From positions 77,410 to 141,409 of the forward strand of contig CAYQYZ010000001.1 of NCBI GenBank assembly GCA_964422025.1: 64,000 bases of DNA. The letters run 5' to 3'. Shown piece after piece: positions 60,668-64,000 of this stretch. The translations under genes were made by a program, and so were the position numbers. Every line of letters begins with the position of its first letter. The first letter of the stretch is position 1. The notes beneath the pieces were generated by a model. The model was not told where the DNA came from and did no database searches. It was given only the letters and a program-made list of their open reading frames with translations. Source of the stretch: an uncultured Gammaproteobacteria bacterium. Lineage in GTDB: Bacteria > Patescibacteriota > Microgenomatia > UBA1406 > HO2-37-13b.

Positions 60668-61939
60668 ATGTCAACAATAAAACAAATCACCGCCCGAGAA
60701 ATTCTCGATTCTCGCGGCTATCCAACGCTTGAAGCCAAATTATTTCTCGATACCGGGGAGTCCGTTTACGCTCAAGCCCCATCTGGAGAATCATTGGGTA
60801 AATTCGAAGGCACTGAACTTCGCGATCGCGCTGATTCGCGGTATTCTGGCATGGGGGTTTTACGAGCAGCCTCATATATAAACGACCTCATTGGACCAAA
60901 ATTGATTGGGGTAGATGTTACACGCCAAACAGATATTGATGCATGGCTTGTAAAAGCAGATGGAAGCAAGGACTCTTCCAAACTCGGCGTTAACACTATT
61001 ATGACCGTTTCTCAGCTCGTCCTCAAAGGAGCCGCAGCTGCAAATAAACAACCAATTTATCGTTATTTCAATTCACTCTACAATAGCCAATTTGAGGAAA
61101 AAATTACTCTCGAAAAAATGCCCTCACCCGTTATTAATATGATCAATGGCGGTAAACACGGCACTAAAAACCTAGAATTCCAAGAGTTCCATATTATCCC
61201 TTCCACATCTCTTTCGTTTGCAAAGGCTCTTGAAGTCGGAGCAAGTTTATACTTGGCAGTTAAAAATGTTTTGGAGTACCGAAACGCCGGTATATCAGTT
61301 TCCGAAGAAGGCGGATTTACGCCAAACCTTCTTACTAATAGCGATGCCTTAGAAGTTATGCGAGAAACCGTAATTTCCCAAAAGATGAACCTTGGTGTTG
61401 ATGTTTTTTTTGGACTTGATTGCGCACCATCATATTATTATAAAAAAGGTAAATATGAAATAAAAGACATGCCCCAACCTCTTGATCTTGATGAATATGT
61501 GAATTTCATGGTAGAACTCGTGAATAAATACACCATTCTTTTCCTGGAAGATCCAATTGACGAGGAAGATTATGATGGATGGAAAAAAATAATGGAGAAA
61601 ACAGGTGAAAAGACGTATGTTGTTGGCGATGATTTCGTAGCAGGGAATAAAGAACGACTAGGAAAAGCTATTAAAGAAAATGCTTGCAACAGTATTTTGG
61701 TTAAATTTAATCAGGTTCCCACTATTAGCGATATTCTTACATATGTAAATATGATCAAAAAGGCAAATTACAAAGTAGTCTTCTCTCATCGCCTTGGCGA
61801 AACGACTGATACCATCATTGCAGACCTTGCAGTCGCTATTCAGGCTGATTTTGTAAAGTTTGGCGCTCCGGTGCGTGGCGAACGTGTAGCCAAATACAAC
61901 AGGCTTCTTGAGATTGAAAAAGAGCTTACAAACGGGTAG
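60668..61939 (+). CDS. eno: Enolase
   Basis: ITAREILDSRGYPT start and the SHRLGETTDT motif. Confidence 0.95.
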   Translation: MSTIKQITAREILDSRGYPTLEAKLFLDTGESVYAQAPSGESLGKFEGTELRDRADSRYSGMGVLRAASYINDLIGPKLIGVDVTRQTDIDAWLVKADGSKDSSKLGVNTIMTVSQLVLKGAAAANKQPIYRYFNSLYNSQFEEKITLEKMPSPVINMINGGKHGTKNLEFQEFHIIPSTSLSFAKALEVGASLYLAVKNVLEYRNAGISVSEEGGFTPNLLTNSDALEVMRETVISQKMNLGVDVFFGLDCAPSYYYKKGKYEIKDMPQPLDLDEYVNFMVELVNKYTILFLEDPIDEEDYDGWKKIMEKTGEKTYVVGDDFVAGNKERLGKAIKENACNSILVKFNQVPTISDILTYVNMIKKANYKVVFSHRLGETTDTIIADLAVAIQADFVKFGAPVRGERVAKYNRLLEIEKELTNG

Positions 61940-61953
61940 AATGAAGTGTTCAT

Positions 61954-63585
61954 ATGACACCTGTAATTTTGATTGTTCTTGATGGATTTGGGGTAGCACC
62001 TGCTGGACCAGGCAATCCAATTTCCGCTGCGACAATTACTCACATCGACTCTTTTCTGCGCATGTACCCCACAACGCAACTAAAGGCATCTGGCGAGGCC
62101 GTAGGGCTTCCGGCAACAGAACCAGGCAATACAGAAGTCGGACATTTAAATATGGGAGCCGGGCGCGTCATTTATCAAAGTTTGCCCCGTATTAATTTGG
62201 CAATTGCCGACGGTTCGTTTAACAAAAATGAAGTTTTTCTAAAAGCACTTGAAGGAGTTAAAAAGTCTGGGAAAAATCTCCACCTACTGGGTCTTGTTGG
62301 TGCTGGAACAGTTCATGCGAGCATTGACCATCTGTTTTCGCTTTTGGCACTGTGTCAAAAGCAAGACATTCAGAATGTTTTTATTCACCCCATAACCGAT
62401 GGCCGCGACTCTCCTCCTCAGTCAGCTCAAACATTTCTTGAAGAAATCGATCACAAGTGTAAAGAATATGGACGGGGAAAAATTGCCACCGTGACGGGTC
62501 GTTATTATGCTATGGATCGCGATAAACGCTGGGAACGTATTGAAAAAGCTTACGCGTGTTACACCCAAGGTGTCGCAGAAAAGGCTGCAAACTGGCAGGA
62601 AGCGATTAAGAAATCGTACGATACTAAGGCAACAGATGAATTTATTCTTCCTACTAATATTGTAGAAAATGGACAGCCAGTAGCGCTTGTAAAAGAAGGC
62701 GACACCGTCATCTTTTTCAACTATCGTATTGATCGACCTCGTGAGCTAACCCGCGCGTTTACGCTTGAGAATTTCGAAGCGGAAGCTAATAAAATAACGT
62801 CGTACGATCCATATGCTACAAAGTATTTTAAGAAGCATATTGATGTAAATGAACAAATTATTCAACCACCATTTAAGCGAGGCCCTCGAATCCCAAATTT
62901 AACGTTTATAACTATGACAGAATACGAAAAAGATCTGCCGGTTCAAGTTGCGTTTCCTCCGCATGGTGTTGCAATGCCTTTAGGAAGAATTTTATCGGAT
63001 CATCAGCTTCCACAATTACGTGTTTCTGAAAGTGAAAAAGAGCGCTTTGTAACGTTCTACTTTAATGGTCTTCGAGAAGGAGCATTTCCACTGGAAGATC
63101 ACTTAATTGTTCCATCGCCAAAAGTGCCTATGTACAATCAAAAGCCCGAAATGTCGGCGTACGAGATTACGGATGTGCTTATTAAAAAAATCCAAGAAAA
63201 GAAGTACCAGTTCATATTAGTAAATTATGCAAATCCCGACATGGTGGGTCATACGGGAGATATTAATGCCTGCATTAAAGCCGTAAGCACTATAGATGAT
63301 TGTTTAGGAAAAGTAACCGATGCTGCTTTGCAAAACGATTATGCCGTTTTAATTACTGCTGATCATGGAAATGTAGAAGAAAAATTGAATAAAGTTACCG
63401 GCGAAATGTCGACTGAGCATACTAGTAATCCAGTTCCCTTTATTGCGATAAGTAATAAATTGAAAGGGAAACCCGTGCGACTTCAATCGGGAATTTTAGC
63501 CGATATTGCACCTACTGTTTTGGAGCTTTTGGGTGTATCGGTGCCCCGTGATATGATGGGGAGAAACTTGTTGGAGGAGGTTTAA
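61954..63585 (+). CDS. gpmI: 2,3-bisphosphoglycerate-independent phosphoglycerate mutase
   Basis: LIVLDGFG, GNTEVGHLNMGAGR, NYANPDMVGHTG and TADHGN motifs. Confidence 0.93.
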   Translation: MTPVILIVLDGFGVAPAGPGNPISAATITHIDSFLRMYPTTQLKASGEAVGLPATEPGNTEVGHLNMGAGRVIYQSLPRINLAIADGSFNKNEVFLKALEGVKKSGKNLHLLGLVGAGTVHASIDHLFSLLALCQKQDIQNVFIHPITDGRDSPPQSAQTFLEEIDHKCKEYGRGKIATVTGRYYAMDRDKRWERIEKAYACYTQGVAEKAANWQEAIKKSYDTKATDEFILPTNIVENGQPVALVKEGDTVIFFNYRIDRPRELTRAFTLENFEAEANKITSYDPYATKYFKKHIDVNEQIIQPPFKRGPRIPNLTFITMTEYEKDLPVQVAFPPHGVAMPLGRILSDHQLPQLRVSESEKERFVTFYFNGLREGAFPLEDHLIVPSPKVPMYNQKPEMSAYEITDVLIKKIQEKKYQFILVNYANPDMVGHTGDINACIKAVSTIDDCLGKVTDAALQNDYAVLITADHGNVEEKLNKVTGEMSTEHTSNPVPFIAISNKLKGKPVRLQSGILADIAPTVLELLGVSVPRDMMGRNLLEEV

Positions 63586-63597
63586 TATACACTTGTA

Positions 63598-63642
63598 CAA
63601 CCTTCCAGGTTGAACAGGCACTACCAACCTTCCAGGTTGGTA
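63598..63642. terminator. Two tandem copies of the palindrome CAACCT-TCC-AGGTTG between convergent genes
   Basis: Hairpin 1 at 63598-63612. Hairpin 2 at 63622-63642 with a 9-bp stem (TACCAACCT/AGGTTGGTA). No T-tract. Confidence 0.4.
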
Positions 63643-63649
63643 AACATAT

Positions 63650-64000
63650 TCAATTCGCTCCAACTTTCTCAACTATCTTGCACGCATACAAACTTGCAGC
63701 TTTCATCGAATCCTCAATTGACCTTTCTTTCAAATACGCAGCAATAAACCCGGCACAAAATGCATCGCCTGCACCCGTAGTATCTACAATATCCGCCTTC
63801 GCAGCAGCTTCGTGGTGTACTTTCCCGCTATCATACACATAACTCCCGTTCGGTCCATCGGTAATAATAAGAATTCTCTTCTCAAATCCAATTGCTTTTG
63901 CACAATCGCCCCCAAAATCAATCTTCTCCTTATCCTTCTGCACCAAGTCCGCATATTCATGTCCGTTCATAATCAATATATGCGCACAATCTAATAATGA
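63650..64000 (-). CDS. PfkB family carbohydrate kinase, N-terminus beyond the window
   Basis: DTTGAGDAF motif. The frame stays open to nt 64000 (reads ...SLLDCAHILIMNGHEYADL). Confidence 0.8.
   Translation of the reverse strand, partial: SLLDCAHILIMNGHEYADLVQKDKEKIDFGGDCAKAIGFEKRILIITDGPNGSYVYDSGKVHHEAAAKADIVDTTGAGDAFCAGFIAAYLKERSIEDSMKAASLYACKIVEKVGAN

Noticed and set aside
63598-63642. CRISPR array
   Set aside because: There are only two copies of a 15-nt palindrome, no spacer series and no cas genes anywhere in the window.

Overview
AT-rich, very gene-dense bacterial chromosome segment using the standard genetic code (TGA ends ftsA and topA). All protein calls rest on motif recognition by eye; no database search or folding was run. 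By inference only, the style fits a reduced-genome monoderm of the Candidate Phyla Radiation (Patescibacteria): short or truncated housekeeping proteins, an LPXTG protein, gatCAB, a lower-glycolysis block, and a 23S rRNA gene unlinked from 16S and 5S.

Gene content, in order:
- ftsA (5' partial), ftsZ, an EEP-family hydrolase, a MazG-like protein, ileS, a SEDS protein, rplU, rpmA, a ParB-like HTH protein, lepB and tRNA-Val.
- An accessory-looking envelope block (9.3-20.3 kb): three tandem secreted Asn/Thr/Gly-rich repeat proteins, a small cupin, a processive GT2 broken by one in-frame TAA, a SurA_N-like protein, a second GT2, a Wzy_C/O-antigen-ligase-like protein and an Ig-like membrane protein.
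- tRNA-Thr, an NRAMP transporter, a Nudix hydrolase, a YfiH/PgeF-like protein, tRNA-Gly, a LysM protein, tRNA-Asp, PolX, LemA, HtpX, Nth, gatCAB and dnaE.
- A complete F1Fo operon (atpZ-like, B, E, F, H, A, G, D, C), an orphan membrane protein, and a tRNA-Ala-23S unit.
- topA, pyrG, rplS, yraN, tRNA-Glu, two orphan genes, Nudix, CYTH, a DUF457-like protein and a holA-like protein.
- A phosphohexomutase, an IMPase, PGI/PMI, ppsA, eno, gpmI and a 5'-partial PfkB kinase.

Most noteworthy observations:
1. The three paralogous surface proteins are built from a roughly 90-aa module I cannot assign. They sit beside glycosyltransferases and a WaaL/PglL-type enzyme, so this is a candidate surface-fibre plus glycosylation locus.
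2. A -10 hexamer lies exactly 6 nt before the ATG at many genes, and Shine-Dalgarno sites are almost entirely absent. This points to leaderless expression, including two mRNAs that would be released by tRNA processing.
3. Two small repeat families are present. One is a 30-40 nt GTCATYCTGAG...GAAGRATCTCAGTG element with arm covariation, including a copy in frame inside gatB. The other is a roughly 99-nt MITE-like hairpin in two copies.
4. Smaller oddities: a nonsense-interrupted GT2, a scrambled tRNA-Asp fragment, an ATP synthase delta subunit with only its C-terminal domain, and an EndoIII without Fe-S cysteines.

No CRISPR array, transposase, integrase, reverse transcriptase or recognisable defence genes were seen.
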